Shown one piece after another: positions 46,701 through 60,523 of a stretch of DNA of 64,000 nt. The stretch is from the human T2T-CHM13v2.0 reference genome, Homo sapiens: assembly GCF_009914755.1 (NCBI RefSeq), contig NC_060931.1; one strand, written 5' to 3'. The position numbers and the translations under genes were made by a program. The stretch's first letter is position 1. Every line of letters starts with the position of its first letter. The notes under the pieces are model-generated. The model saw only the letters and a program-made list of their open reading frames with translations, was not told the DNA's origin and did no database searches.

Positions 46701-47411
46701 AAAAATACTGGGGAATACAAGAAGGTGGAAGGTTGGAGGAGAGAGAGGAGCAGAGCAAACAACTTTTGGGTACTTGGCTTAGTACCTGGGAAATGAAATA
46801 ATCTGTACAACCCCCACTGTGACAGGAGTTCACTTGTGTAACAGACCTGTACAAGTACCCCGAACCTAAAATAAAAGTTAAAAAAAAATTCAAGAGGAAA
46901 GACATTCCTTGTTTACAGATTGAAAGACTTAATATGGTTAAGATGTTCATACTACACAAAGGATCTTATGTATTTCAATATAATTCCTATCAAAATTACA
47001 ATGGTATTTTTTTCAGAAATAGAATAAACAATACTGAAATTCATATGAAGAACCAAGGGCCCCAAACAGCTGAGACATCTTGAGAAAAACAACAAAACTA
47101 GAGGGCTCCTACTTCTCGTCTTCAAAACATATTATAAATCTACAGTGATCAAACCAAGATGGCACTTGCAAAAAGATAGACACATGGACCAGTGGAACAG
47201 AATATAGAGAATATACAGACCAGAAATAAATCTAGATGTTTATCATCAAATGATCTGCCACAAGAGTGTCAAGACTATGCAATGAGGACAGGATAGACTC
47301 TTCAACAAATGGTATTGGGAAAACTGAATATCTAAATGCATAAGAATGGGATTGGCCCCTGCTTTACACCATGAAAAGTTAATTCAAAATGGATTAAGGA
47401 CTTAAACATAA
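43710..47411. mobile_element. L1MA10/MB-like rearranged element (3'UTR on -, 43710-44000; ORF2 pieces on +, 44001-45250 and 46890-47411)
   Basis: RT motifs ([14 protein letters not shown] in ORF 44732-44998); antisense 3'UTR abuts sense ORF2. Confidence 0.8.
45255..46888 (+). mobile_element. L1PREC2/L1PA13-15-like 5'-truncated LINE
   Basis: ORF2 end plus 3'UTR gagaggagcaga...ggcttagtacctggg...cctaaaataaaagtt and A tail. Confidence 0.85.
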
Positions 47412-47531
47412 ATGTTTGAATATTGGAAAGATGCAATGACCATTTGTTTTCATTTTGTAAAAGCCTCAAAAAACCTGATGTCCATCATCAAAAATCAAAA
47501 GAACTATAGTGACATTAGCAAAGTTGCATAC

Positions 47532-47717
47532 CTCTGAAAACGTGGATTGTTTGTGCAAGGATGAGAATAAAATTTCTCAAGGTTTGGGAACAGAAATCCT
47601 TCAGGAAGGGTGTAGGAAAGTCAGTATTAATATTACGTAACATGAGGTCAAAGGCAGAACTTTTGGGACTACATTCTTTTAAAAAAGGGTCTTCAAGAGT
47701 CTGCATCACAATAGGGT
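47532..47717 (-). other. Candidate 186-bp symmetric exon of an unidentified transcript
   Basis: On -, ctaaatctAG|acc...ttcagag|GTatgc; open 62-codon phase 1-1 frame (D)PIVMQTLEDPFLKECSPK...IHVFR. Confidence 0.3.
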
Positions 47718-48670
47718 CTAGATTTAGGTAAAAATTGATAAGACAAGATAATTGAAAGTATAATGAAATTCAGAACTAGAGGTGATATTGAAGTCATCTT
47801 TAGAAAGGTCAGGAAATAGCTTGGGAGAGACTGAAATTCTCAGACACAACAGAGCCCATAGAAGATAACTCATGATATAATTTTCTGAGTGAATGAGGAA
47901 AAAAATTGATGGTCATTGTAGGGGCTCTGAGTTTTTTAGAAATTGTGCCAACCATGAAATTTGTTACTAGACTTTTGTTGCAAATTTAGAAACCTTCTCT
48001 ATAATTGTTCATTTTCATTTTATATTAATTTCTTAGTAGAATTCTATTAGCCAAAGTTTTTTGTTGAAAGCAACAAAGTTTGACTCAGAGAAATTCTCAC
48101 GTAAACTTAATTTACTGAAAGTTATTTCATAGCTTGTAGAAATTTGGAAAAGTTTGAAAAACCTGGCTTAACAGTAGATAGGAATTAACCAAAACTAGAG
48201 AATTTATAAGAGCTATCTGGGAAGAACAATTCTGCCTCATTCTTTGAGATACTCACTCCAGATTTAATGGGTATGGTGGTATGTTTGGCTGAGCTGAGGT
48301 CCCATGCCCATGCCCAAACAACCAGACAGGCAGAAAAATACATACTTTGGACATTTTAGCTTCTGTATTTTGAGGCATATCTTGCTTCCCACAAGATTCA
48401 CATATTCGGATGCTGAGATATTCACTTAATAATGACTTTCATTGCTTTAAAAAGAAAACATCTATTTGACTACCTGAAGAGAAAAAGATAAAAGATATGT
48501 CTATACTTGGACACACATAAAGAGTGGTATCAGAGCTTCCTGAAAGCAAAAACATAGTCTTATCAGAGTGTATATCAACAAGAAATCCAGGGAAAATGAG
48601 GGAAAACAGTAGTTAGTGAAGCAAACCTTAGAGTGGAAATATAGCCATGATTGTTGTTGTTTTTCCATAG

Positions 48671-49273
48671 TGTGCAGTAAAGGATTAACTCATCAGGCCT
48701 GGTTTGCCCAAACCCTGCACATTCTAAAGGCCTTCAGGATTGGCTCCTGATTGACTTCCAGAAGATAACTTCTGAGCCCTTGGAATATTCTGCCTTATAA
48801 AAATGTGTTAGTATACCTGAGACCTTGCACCACACCAGGTAGGTTATGCTAATAGTATGAGTTATGGTGATTGTTTTTGTAAGAATTTCTGGGTCTTTGA
48901 ACCATGATATATTAGTTGACCTCTTGAGAGGCTTGAGTGTGAGTAGCTAAGGTCAGTCACACAGGCAATACATGCTTAGGAGACTGACTCCCAAATAAAA
49001 TCCCTGGACACCAAGGCCCAGGTGAGCCTCCCTTGTCACACACTGTTGTTGGGAGAACTAAGTATTGACTGGGTGGCTCCCCCAGGAGAAGCCAACTGTA
49101 TGTAATGCCTGGTTTCTTCTGGACTCTCCTTCTATACCTTTTTCCTTTGATGGTTTCAATCCCTATACTTTTCCTATAATAAACTATAACCATGAGTATA
49201 ATACATTTCTGGGTCCTGTGAATCCTTCCAGTAAAGCCTCAAATCTGAGAGTGGTCTTGGGGACCCCAACACA
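48671..49273 (+). mobile_element. MER77-like ERVL solo LTR
   Basis: tgtgcagtaaaggattaactcatcaggcctgg...gtggtcttggggaccccaacaca; TSD catag/catgg. Confidence 0.8.
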
Positions 49274-50743
49274 CATGGCAAATGAGATTTAAAGAGTTAA
49301 TCCATTCTCTCTAGTTACCAACCTTTTGCCTAGGGATTGCTATTGTAATGTGTTACGTGATATTATGTTCTATTTTTATTCAAGATAAATATAATGCACA
49401 TTGGATAGAAGGAAGAAAACAATAAGCTGGAGAATTAGTAATTGACCAAATGCTTCCAAAAACATTGTGTAATAATATAAGAAGCAAGACCAATAAGAAA
49501 CAAACAAAAAATATTTGGAAGTTGACATTGTTCATGAACAGCAAAGCAATAATCCAATACTTCACATCATTTCCTTCTCAGAACGCAGTTAATCATACAC
49601 TGTTTTTGCATAAATTTTTTTTAACTCTCCCTTTTTCTACCTTCTGTAAATGCCCCTTATTTATTTATGGGGTTGAGTTGGCAAGATGTGAGTTACAGTG
49701 ACAAAACAAACATGATAAATTTCTGCTGCCCTGTGAAATTCTTTCAGTGTGGCATTCTTTTGCTGTTTAGAATCTTAATGTTACGCTCAAGCAGGCCTTT
49801 CCATCCATCAGATAGCAGGCTGCCATCTGTAGAACTGCCAGTGTACTAAGATTTATGTGTTACTATTTAAGGAATTTAGGTTTGGCAATTTCATGCTGTT
49901 GATTTGGCCAAACAATAATATGCTAATTAACCTGCTTGACCTAAATTATACAGTACTTGTGGATGTGCGGCCAACTCAATTGCTCAACTGGCTGAGCATT
50001 CTTGACCCTACAGTTTTGCATATAAGAAGCTTTACTTCAAAAAACAGTTATTGGACTGCTGCACTTCATCATCTGAAAGGAAATTTATTATCTTCAGTTT
50101 ACTAAAGGAAATTTATGTTTCATTTGGTTTGTTATGATTATACCAATATTTTACAGTTAATGTGCATCGTCAGGGACAAAAATTTTACTTTCCCAGAATC
50201 ATCTATATTTTTTATTTGGCTAACATACTGATAACAAAGAGTAGATATTTATATTTATTTTTGCTTGCGCCTAGGACATGAAATTAAAAATACATATGTA
50301 GATTTCAGGTTATATAAACTCCCAAAAGCTATGTGCAAAAAAAAAAAAGTATGTGTTAATGGTATTTTACTGGAAAAGGTTTTCTTAAGATTCTCACAAT
50401 GGATTCTTGCCCCCAAAATAAAATTTTAAAAAATAGTTATTGGAATTAAAATTAGGGATCTTTTTTATAATAATTTCTTTCTGTGGGCCCATATCTCTGG
50501 TTACTTACTCATCCTGTAATGCTGGAAATTCACTGTGGTATTTCTCATTGCCCTCTCCACCACCACCAAACTGTTGATCTGCTGTTTTAGCAGAACTCAA
50601 ATATATGAAACTCTCAGATAATCAGAAATAATTAAAAACAATAGGGAAATCAAAGAAAATTATCGCAGGTAACCCCTTTAAGCATTAAACTCCCTAGCAC
50701 ACCAGGTGTTAAACTGCTCAGATCCCAAAGATTAAAATCTTTT

Positions 50744-51038
50744 TTTAATTTTTTTTTAGAGACGGAGTCTCGCTCTGTCACCCAGGCTGGAGCGTAGTGG
50801 CGCAATCTCGGCTCGCTGCAAGCTCCACCTTCTGGGTTCACGCCATTCTCCTGCCTCAGCCTTCCGAGTAGCTGGCACTACAGGCACCAGCCACCACGCT
50901 TGGCTAATTTTTGCATTTTTAGTAGAGGCAGGTTTTCACCGTGTTAGCCAGGATGGTCTCGATCTCCTGACCTCGTGATCCGCCTGCCTCGGCCTCCCAA
51001 AGTGCTGGGATTACAGGCGTGAGCCACCGCGCCCGGCC
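50744..51038 (-). mobile_element. AluY (CpG-rich, young)
   Basis: Y diagnostics; perfect 19-bp TSD ccaaagattaaaatctttt. Confidence 0.96.
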
Positions 51039-51260
51039 CCAAAGATTAAAATCTTTTGATATCGTGATGACAGAAGGAAATAAAAAGCTTAGAAAAACAT
51101 GCAGTAGGGAGATGAAAACGAAAGAATAGAGAGAAAAAGAAAAATGACAAATGGAAGATAATGTAGAAAAATGTACAGAGGATTTTTTTTAATGTAAACA
51201 GTGTATGCATGTAATAAAGAAGCAACCAAAACAAAAAACTGGGTGTATGGTCCTGTAAAT

Positions 51261-51708
<448 letters not shown>

Positions 51709-52065
51709 CTGTAAGCTGTCAAATTCTACCTACTGCCTGAATTCTACAATATCTGTAAAGCAAAATCAAAGCTAAGAGACTTTCAAAAAATTGTGCTAAT
51801 AGTAAAAAAAGTTATGTCTTTGCATATATTGAAAGGGAGCAAGAATAAGTTCAGTAGAAGAATGCAGTATTGGTTCATCTATGCTAAAAGGCATTACATA
51901 ATGAATGCCTGCTATCTTTGCTAGCACACTATCAGGTAAAGATGGTGTAGGTCTCTAATCAATATGATTGAATTAGTGCAAATGAGAAATATTATTTGTT
52001 TTCCATTAAACGGTCAGTTAAATGTATGTATTTTTGGCTTAGTGCTTGCTAAGAAAGCATAGCTT

Positions 52066-53302
52066 TAATTTTATTTTTAATTTTACTTTAAGTTCAGGGA
52101 TACATGTGTAGAACGTGCAGGTTTGTTACATAGGTATACATGTGCCGTGGTTTGCTGCACCTTTCAACCCTTCATCTACATTTTAAGCCCCACATGCATT
52201 AGGTATTTGTCCTAATGCTCTCACTCCCCTTGACCGCAAACCCCCGGCAGGCTCTGGTGTGTGATGTTCCCCTCCCTGTGTCCATGTATTCTCATTGTTC
52301 AACTGTCACTTATGAGTGAGAATATGTGGTGTTTTGTTTTCTGTTCCTGTGTTAGTTTGCTGAGAATGATGGCTTCCAGCTTCATCCACGTCTCTGCAAA
52401 GGACGTGATTTAAGCTGATAAGCAACTTCAGCAAAGTCTCAGGATACAAAATTAAACTGCAAAAATCACATGCATTCCTATACACCAACAATAGACAAGA
52501 AGAGAGCCAAATCATGAATGAACTCCCATTCACTATTGCCACAAACAGAATAAAATATCTAGGAATACAACTTACAAGGGATGTGAAGGACCTCTTCAAG
52601 AAGTACAAACCACAGCTCAAGGAAATAAGAGAGGACGCAAACAAATAGAAAAACATTCCATACTCGTGGATAGAAGAATCAATATCATGAAAATGGCCCT
52701 ACTGCCCAAAGTAATTTATAGATTCAATGCTATTCTCATCACGCTACCATTGACTTTTTTTCACAGAATTAGAAAAAATACTTTAAATTTCATATGGAAC
52801 CAAAAAAGAGCCCATATAGCCAAGACAATCCTAAGCAAAAAGAACAAAGCTGGAGGCATCACACTACCTGACTTCAAACTATGTTACAAGTCTATAGTAA
52901 CCAAAACAGCATGGTACTGGTACCAAAACAGGTATATAGACCAATGGAACAGAACAGAGGGCTCAGAAATAGCACCACAAATCTACAACCATCTGATTTT
53001 CGACAAACCTGACAAAAACAAGCAATGGGGAAAGGATTCCCTATTCAATAAATGGTGCTGGAAAAACTGGCTAGCCATATGTAGAAAACAGGAACCGGAC
53101 TCCTTCCTTACACCTTATACAAAAATTAACTCAAGAAGTATTAAAGACCTAAATGTAAAACCCAAAACCATCAAAACCCTAGAAGAAAACCTAGGCAATA
53201 CCCCTCAGGATATAGGCATGGGCAAAGACTTCATGACTGAAACACCAAAAGCAATTGCAATAAAAGCCAAAATTGACAAATGGGATCTAATAAAACTAAA
53301 GT
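52066..53302 (-). mobile_element. L1PA8-like with 5' inversion (3' part on -, 52066-52409; inverted ORF2 on +, 52410-53302)
   Basis: ttttaagccccacatgcattagg 3'UTR diagnostic; ORF 52666-53340; TSD gctttaatttt. Confidence 0.9.
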
Positions 53303-53964
53303 GCTTTAATTTTTTAAAGACTATTTACCAAGCACTGTAAGTGGCTTTAAAGTTCTGCCCCATTTTCCCAGTACTGTAGCTTTTTTTTTTTTTTGCAGGT
53401 GACTAGCTTTATTAATACACAGCTTCTTTGTTCAAATATAAGCAGAGAAATATGTAATCTTACCATTTTCTCATATAAATTGGATACCATACGTTCTCTT
53501 CTAGACTTTGCTTTTTTCATATATACCATATTTTGTATACCTTTCTATATAAGTATATAAGATAGGATGCTTTTATTCTTTTTTACAATGGGAAAAAACA
53601 AGGGTTTATTTAACCAGTCTCCTATTGGTAGATTATTTTCCTACAATTTGTGACAAATTGTACCCAAGATATTTCACATATTTCCATATATTCTTTTGTC
53701 TAATTTGGATTTGTTTTCTTTCTCTGTTTGAATGATCCATATATTTATGGACTAGTGCCATATGGCTTCAAATATGGAGGCTTTGTATGTGTAAATTTGG
53801 GGGAGGTTTAAACCTTCTTCGTTGGTCCTTTTATAAAAATGCACTGAATATTCTTATTTATTTTTGCTAAGAACTTTAACATCTGCTGATATAGTATAAA
53901 AAGTTTATTCTTATTTAATTGAGTTTATTTTAAATGTGTAGGATAACTTATAGATGAAAAATAT

Positions 53965-54500
53965 TTATTTTATGCCTAAGATGTGCTAAGCACTGTTCCA
54001 GTGCTGGGGATACAGCAGTGGAGGAAAAAGAAAAAACATAAATGTACTTAAGACGTTGAAACATAAGAAACTTACGTTTTTGTGATGTTATATGTACAAT
54101 GAGAACAATAAAATGAATAAATAACATAATATATTAAAAGTTTTCAGTGCTATGGACAAAACTGAATTAGAGAATGTAGATACAGAGTGTGAGATGGGAT
54201 GAATGTATGGGATATTATCAATCAATCAATCAATCATCTATTTATCTGTCTGATAATGAGCATATCTACCCAAGAACCTGGGACACTTTTCTATTTATAA
54301 AACCTTTTGTGTCCGTCAGTGCCTGTTTATTCAACATCTGTTATGTACCAGCCTATTTCTACTTGATTGGGATTAACTGTGTTTATGATGCTTACATTTT
54401 GGTGGAGGGTGAAAAACAATGAAGAAAGTATAAGAAACAAAAGATATAGTGGATTCAAAGTGAATACGTGATTAGGGAAAAGCAAGGCAGGAAAGGAGGA
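53965..54500 (-). mobile_element. L2 fragments (two)
   Basis: tgtgctaagcactgttccagtgctggggatacagcagtg; ttattcaacatc...tgcttacattttggtggag. Confidence 0.6.
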
Positions 54501-54514
54501 TAGAACCAGATTGC

Positions 54515-54517
<3 letters not shown>

Positions 54518-54553
<36 letters not shown>
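54518..54553. repeat. (TG)n microsatellite
   Basis: Seen directly. Confidence 0.95.
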
Positions 54554-54557
<4 letters not shown>

Positions 54558-55049
54558 GTTATGTATGTGTTGGTGAGGAGGGAAAGCAGTATAGATGTAT
54601 TTTTATGATGCAGTGTTTTCGATTCAAAATCATATATACATTTTCATTTGATCAATTTTTATGCCTTTCAATAGTGTTTTAAAATATACTACATATAGCT
54701 CTTGCATATTTCATGTTCAGTTACACTTAGGGATTTTATCTTTTGTTTTTGCTATTCTTACTGGCAATTTTTCCCACTGGATCTTTGAAAGAGTCACATA
54801 TATGTGTATATGAAAGCATATACTAAATTTAGATTATTATTAACTTGATGCTCTGTCATGAAAGTGACTCTGTGTATGCTTTTTATATTTATAACTCAAA
54901 CTAGAGTTTAGCAAGCTCACTTGTTATAGATTCATATAGGATATATACATAGATATGCTTTTATGTATGTTTATGGATGATGTATATATATGTATGTACA
55001 CATAAATATAGATATTTTAGCGAAAAAGGAGAGAGGACAGAGGGAGAAT

Positions 55050-56485
55050 CTTACAAAAAACAATGCAAAATATCATTCTACAGAAAAAGATTTATTGAAA
55101 AATTTAAGAAGATATCAAAAAATGGAGTAATGTACTATATTTCTAGATAGAAATTTTAAAATGTCAACTATACAAATTCATATGTAGCTTTAATGCAATT
55201 TAAAGCAAACTCTTACATTTTAGAAGTACTTGATAATCTGCTTTTACAATTCAGTTGGAAGAACAAAGGCCAAAATATTCATGAATAGAAGAATTAATAT
55301 CAGTGACATGATTTACCAGATATCAGGATGTATCATAAAGCCAAGGGTACTAAATGTGGCACTTCATCTGCTGCACAGATAAAGACACTGGTATTCAGAG
55401 ACCAGAAACCGATCTCTACATATAAAAAATTTTATTTAAGACTGATTAATAGAGTTAGGATAGAATGTTCTATAAATGTCCTGATATAGTTGACTAAAAG
55501 TTTATGTCCATGTGTCTAAAAATATACAAAAGTCAATTCAAGACACATAACTTAAATATAAAAAACAAAGCCATACAACTTTTGGAAGAAAAATAGAAGA
55601 CTGTCTTTATGACTTCTGATTAAGTAAAGATTTCTTAAACAACACTTAAGCAGTGCTAAGTAAAATAGAATTGATGGAACTACACTAAAACCATTATAAA
55701 GAAAATAGAAATACAAGCCACACATTCAGTAAGGATATTAACAATATGCATAAGATGAAAAAGTAAAAAAATCCAGAGTATATGAAGAACAAATCAATGA
55801 CTTATAAAGACAAACCAGTATAAGCATATGCCAAAGCAAAAAATTGAATTTAAAGAAAACAGGAAACTCAACTTCATTAGTCATCACCAACTAAAAATTA
55901 AAACATAAATAGACACTATTTAAATGCTACAAGTCACTCAAATTTAAAAAGTCTGAAAATCCCACATGTGGACAAGGGTATGGATCAATGGGAACTCCAA
56001 TATATTACTGGAGCAAGTGTAAATGGAACACAATTTATTATTATATAAAACTAAACATACGTGAGTCAGTAATTATGAAACTTTATCTACAATTCTTTGA
56101 CAATTCCATGAAAGTCATTTGGAGAACCTTCGAAATATATTTATTCTGTGACTTCACCAAAGAGCAACTAATTCAAGACTCTTATAAATGATTGTGCAAA
56201 CATCAGTATTTCTTAGTAGCTCTTTTCATGATTGGTATGTACAGTTAGGTTTGAGGAATACAGTCCTAGAATGTCTCTCATATGTGACCCAAGAGACACG
56301 AAGGAGAATGCTCATTACAACTTTGTTTATTATTGCAAAATACTATAGTCAACTTAGATGTCCACAAACCATAGAGTTAAAGAAACTGACTATCAATCAT
56401 CTGACAGAATGCTTTATGGCAGCAAAAAATGAACAGACTACAGGCATACGTGTCATCATGGATTAGCTTCAAATAAACTTGAATA
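55050..56485 (+). mobile_element. L1ME-like ORF2 3' region (probably continues at ~59170-59400)
   Basis: A-rich decayed ORF2 (aacttttggaagaaaaatagaagac, gatttcttaaac). Confidence 0.7.
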
Positions 56486-56487
56486 AT

Positions 56488-58400
56488 ATCATTGGTTAGA
56501 GTCCTCAGAAAACTAACTATAACTTTGACATTTGTGCTTAGATTTATTAGGGAGTGCTCTTGGGAACAGTACCCATGTGCAGTGAGACATGCAGAGTTGG
56601 TAAGAGGGAAGTTGAACCATGATGCAGTTGTAACAAAAGCCTCAGCCAACCCAAGGGGGATCTTTGTCTAGGATGGCCTTTCCACATTGTCCCAACTGAG
56701 GCAAACCAGACTGAGTATTACCAGATTGAACATTACCTTTGTTGGCTGTTCATCTCTCCTGAGTGTGGAGATGGGTTCTACTGACTACCTCCATAATCCT
56801 TTGAGGGCCAGATACCCCTGGATGATACTCTGACCATGTCATTCACTGTAAGCATTATATCCAGTTTGCTTCTAATAGTTGAGTTCCTTCTGACTGCCCT
56901 TGTTTAAGAATCCCATCATTGTCTTTGCTAACATCACCCAGTTCTGTAATAGCATCTCTTACCTTTAGCTCTGGACTACAAAGAAAAGCTATTTCGGTGA
57001 ATAGAAGAATGGAATGTTCTCTGGGTTTTATGGTGGATTTGATGACTTAAGAATTTCTAATCTCTGAGCCTTTTGATCTCTTCTACTGTTTGCTATGGAA
57101 GTTCTGGATTCCTAATATTCTAAGTTTGAACCATTTCTTTTTCCAAGCTTTTCTATGCCAATCTAAAAACATATTAACACACTATTTCATGATATTTGTT
57201 TGCCAGGATGTTTAATTCCATAGCATGGGAGAGACCTCTCATTTCAACAAATCCTAATGGTATATTTGATCTCTCTTATTCCACCAGCTAAAAGATCCAG
57301 TCCCTTATGTACTCTCCCCATTCCTGCTGGGACATGTTGGCTAGGTCTTGCGACTCCGTTGAGGATGTAGTCCCTTTCCTTTCTTAGCAGACCCAGACAT
57401 TCCGTGGCCAGATTTTATCATGACTTTATTCTAGTTGTTGGTCTAGTATCCAGGGTAGAGAAGAGGATCTTGAGTGGGACATATGTTGTCTCGAAAAGCA
57501 GAAAACTCTGACATGGCTTCAAGCCAGAATGGAGTACTTGTCTTCAAAAAGAATGAGTGAGCTACTTACCAGGTGCAGAGTATTCAGGAGAATCTGAGAT
57601 TCAAGAAACTGAGGTTGTTGACACAGATATCCCATTCCCAGTCTTTGCATCCCATTTCTTGCATAGCAGAGCCCTGATGTTCCTATAGAAATCCTGTCAG
57701 TGCTACAAGTTCAATCTTCCACAGAACACTTTTCCTCTCAAAATAGAATCCTCTGACTGACCCTCAGCTTTTCTGCCCCCTTGGAAGCTCAGAAATTCTT
57801 TACATGCTGTGAAGAATACTTTCTAGTTTTCACACTTTGCCTTATGTAGACAATTCATAGCTTCCAGCTTTTGCTATCTTCTTTAACACCTTGATAGGCC
57901 CAAGAAACTTATCCAATTCCATAGTCCTCATGATTCCTGTTTCCCTCATACTTCTTAAACACCTGAGATATTGCACCTACTAATATGTTCTGTTTAACCA
58001 GTATTCCATTTTAGTTCATCACTGATGAAAGTTTAACAAATTCACCACTATGATATACCAGTGATAATCAGTGATTTGTCTGCTACAAGTGTTGGGGATC
58101 CTCATTATCAGCAGCCTGGGTGGTGACCAGCTTCAGCATCTCATTTTAGAGTCTTCCCCTTGAGTACAACATTGGCACCAATTGTCATTGATTGTGTTCT
58201 TCCAGAAACACTCTGACATTTGTGTGCAGGTTTATTGAAGAGGGTCAGTGAGATCAACACCTATGAGATTTAAGACAAGCCACATAGGGCAGAAGTAAGA
58301 AGTTGGCCTGTGATACAATTCCAGCAGATACTATAGGAAGATCCACAGTTAAGATGTCTTTTCAATGTTGCCCATTTGAGGCAAGAAGCCCAAGCATTTG
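56488..58400 (-). mobile_element. LTR16-like ERVL remnant: two partial LTRs (~56488-56750, ~58182-58400) and gag-side internal region
   Basis: Shared motifs tgacatttgtg...tttatt and attgtcccaactgaggcaa / ttgcccatttgaggcaag in both LTR copies; tggcaccaat junction. Confidence 0.6.
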
Positions 58401-58452
58401 CTCCTATACAAGTTTGATAAAAGCTAAAAATTAAATTGTCATCTGTCTCTGC

Positions 58453-58740
58453 ATATACATATTTGTTATATATATATACACATATATATTTACACGTATA
58501 TACACACACACATATATATACACGTATATATATACACACATATATATACACGTATATATACACACATATATATACACGTATATATACACACATATATATA
58601 CACGTATATATACACACATATATATACACGTATATATACACATATATATACGTGTATATATACACATATATACACGTATATATATACATATATACACGTC
58701 TATATATACGTATATATATATACGTGTATATATATATTTG
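58453..58740. repeat. Compound TA/CA microsatellite with ~26-bp higher-order unit
   Basis: Repeating tatatatacacgtatatatacacaca. Confidence 0.95.
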
Positions 58741-58804
58741 TGTCTGTGTAGGTTGAACAGCAATAAAGGTAAGCAAGGAAATAATTTGTACAAAATGTAC
58801 TGTT

Positions 58805-59162
58805 TGCTATGGTTTGGCTGTGTCCCCACTCAAATCTCACCTTGAATTGTAATAATCCACACATATCAAGGATGGAACCAGGTGAAGATAACTGAACCAT
58901 GGGGGCAGTTTCCCCCATGCCGTTCTCGTGGTAGTGAATAAGTATCATGAGATCTGATGATTTTATAAATGGGAGTTCCCCTGCACAAGCTCTTCCTTGC
59001 CTGCCGCCATGTAACAAGTCCCTTTGTTCTTCCTTCATCTTCCATCATGATTGTGAGGCCTCTCCAGCCATGTGGAACTGTGAGTCAATCAAACATCTTT
59101 CCTTTATAAATTACCCAGTCTCAGGTATGCCTGAATTAGCAGCATGAGAACAGACTAATACA
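58805..59162 (+). mobile_element. THE1 (C/D-like) solo LTR
   Basis: tgctatggtttggctgtgtcccc...cagactaataca; TSD ctgtt/ctatt. Confidence 0.92.
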
Positions 59163-60231
59163 CTATTGTACTCAACTGGATGGAGAGAGGGATTGGTTAT
59201 CAGGGAGGTCACACAGGAGGTTAAAAGAATAAAGTATTATTATTATAGTTTTATTAATACTATTTAATAGTAAAGTATTATTAAAGTATGATTTTTTTAA
59301 AGGAGGAGGTTAATATAAAGTATTATTTCTGAAGCTGAGTGCTCGATACATGTGTGTCCATTTTATTTTTCTCTAATATATACATTTAAATTTTATGTAT
59401 TTATATTTTTATCTTTTTTAAAGGAAAAGATAATGAAAATACAAGAGAATGATTAATTTTTTTAACATTACATTTAAAACAAGTCAAGAATGTGGTGTGA
59501 GTACTAAAAGTGCTAAAGAAAGGGATTCCTAGTATCTCAAATAAGGGGATAGATAATGCTATCTTGATGGCATCCGTCACTGAACTTGAAGACTGCTAGG
59601 GACTCCAACCAAGGCAAATTCGATGGGGAAGAAATTATAAATTAAGCCATGAATATCTTCTCTAGGGCAGGAAACACTTTATCTGGACATTTGTGCTTCC
59701 TTCAAACATTCTTTGTAAAAAATTCTGTTCTGCGAAAATGTTTTTGACTTGTCATGGTGATATGAAAAGGTGAAGTCAGAGGCAATAGGAAAATCAGAAG
59801 TAAAAGATAGTTGGTCTTACAATAGGAAGAAATTTCAAACCAAACACCAAAGACAGAATTAATTCATTTAGAAAATTGTATGTTTGCTGTCACTGGAAAT
59901 GTAAAAAAGTAAGCTGGACCACTACTTGATCTGAATATTATAGAGGGAATTTAAGAAAAGAAGCAGTTAACTCACTCTTTCATTTATTCAACAGATATTT
60001 ATTGAACATTGTGCCAAGTGTTGGAAATAAAATGTTAAACACAAAAGACACAGTCCCTGCTTAATCATCCTAAAAATCTAGTTTTCAGGCATTCGGAACC
60101 AGAATACTTTTATTTAAATGAAATTTATGCACAGTTCCAATATTTAAAAGAGATGAATGCAAAATACTTCAACTGAAGTGGAAGCAGTGAATCCTGTTCG
60201 TTGACCCCTCCTCCAATATTTTCTTCTGGCA

Positions 60232-60523
60232 ACACACACACACATACACACACACACACACACGCAGACACACACGCACACAAGCAATGCAGACGCACAC
60301 ACATACACATGCACATGCACACACACGGGCACAGACACACACATGCGCATGCACACACACATGTGCATGGACACACACGCACACACACGTGCATGGACGC
60401 GCACAGACACACACACGCACACACACGCACACGTGCACGCACAAGCACACACACGCTCACATGCATGTGCACACGCACACAAGCGCACGCACACAAGCAC
60501 ACACACGCACGTACATGCACACA
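60232..60523. repeat. Degenerate (CA/CG/TG)n alternating purine-pyrimidine tract
   Basis: Seen directly, ~290 bp. Confidence 0.95.

Noticed and set aside
49700-50100. Repeat-free stretch with TAAT motifs, enhancer-like
   Set aside because: Conservation cannot be judged from one sequence.
52666-53340. 224-aa ORF, the longest in the window
   Set aside because: L1 ORF2 fragment.
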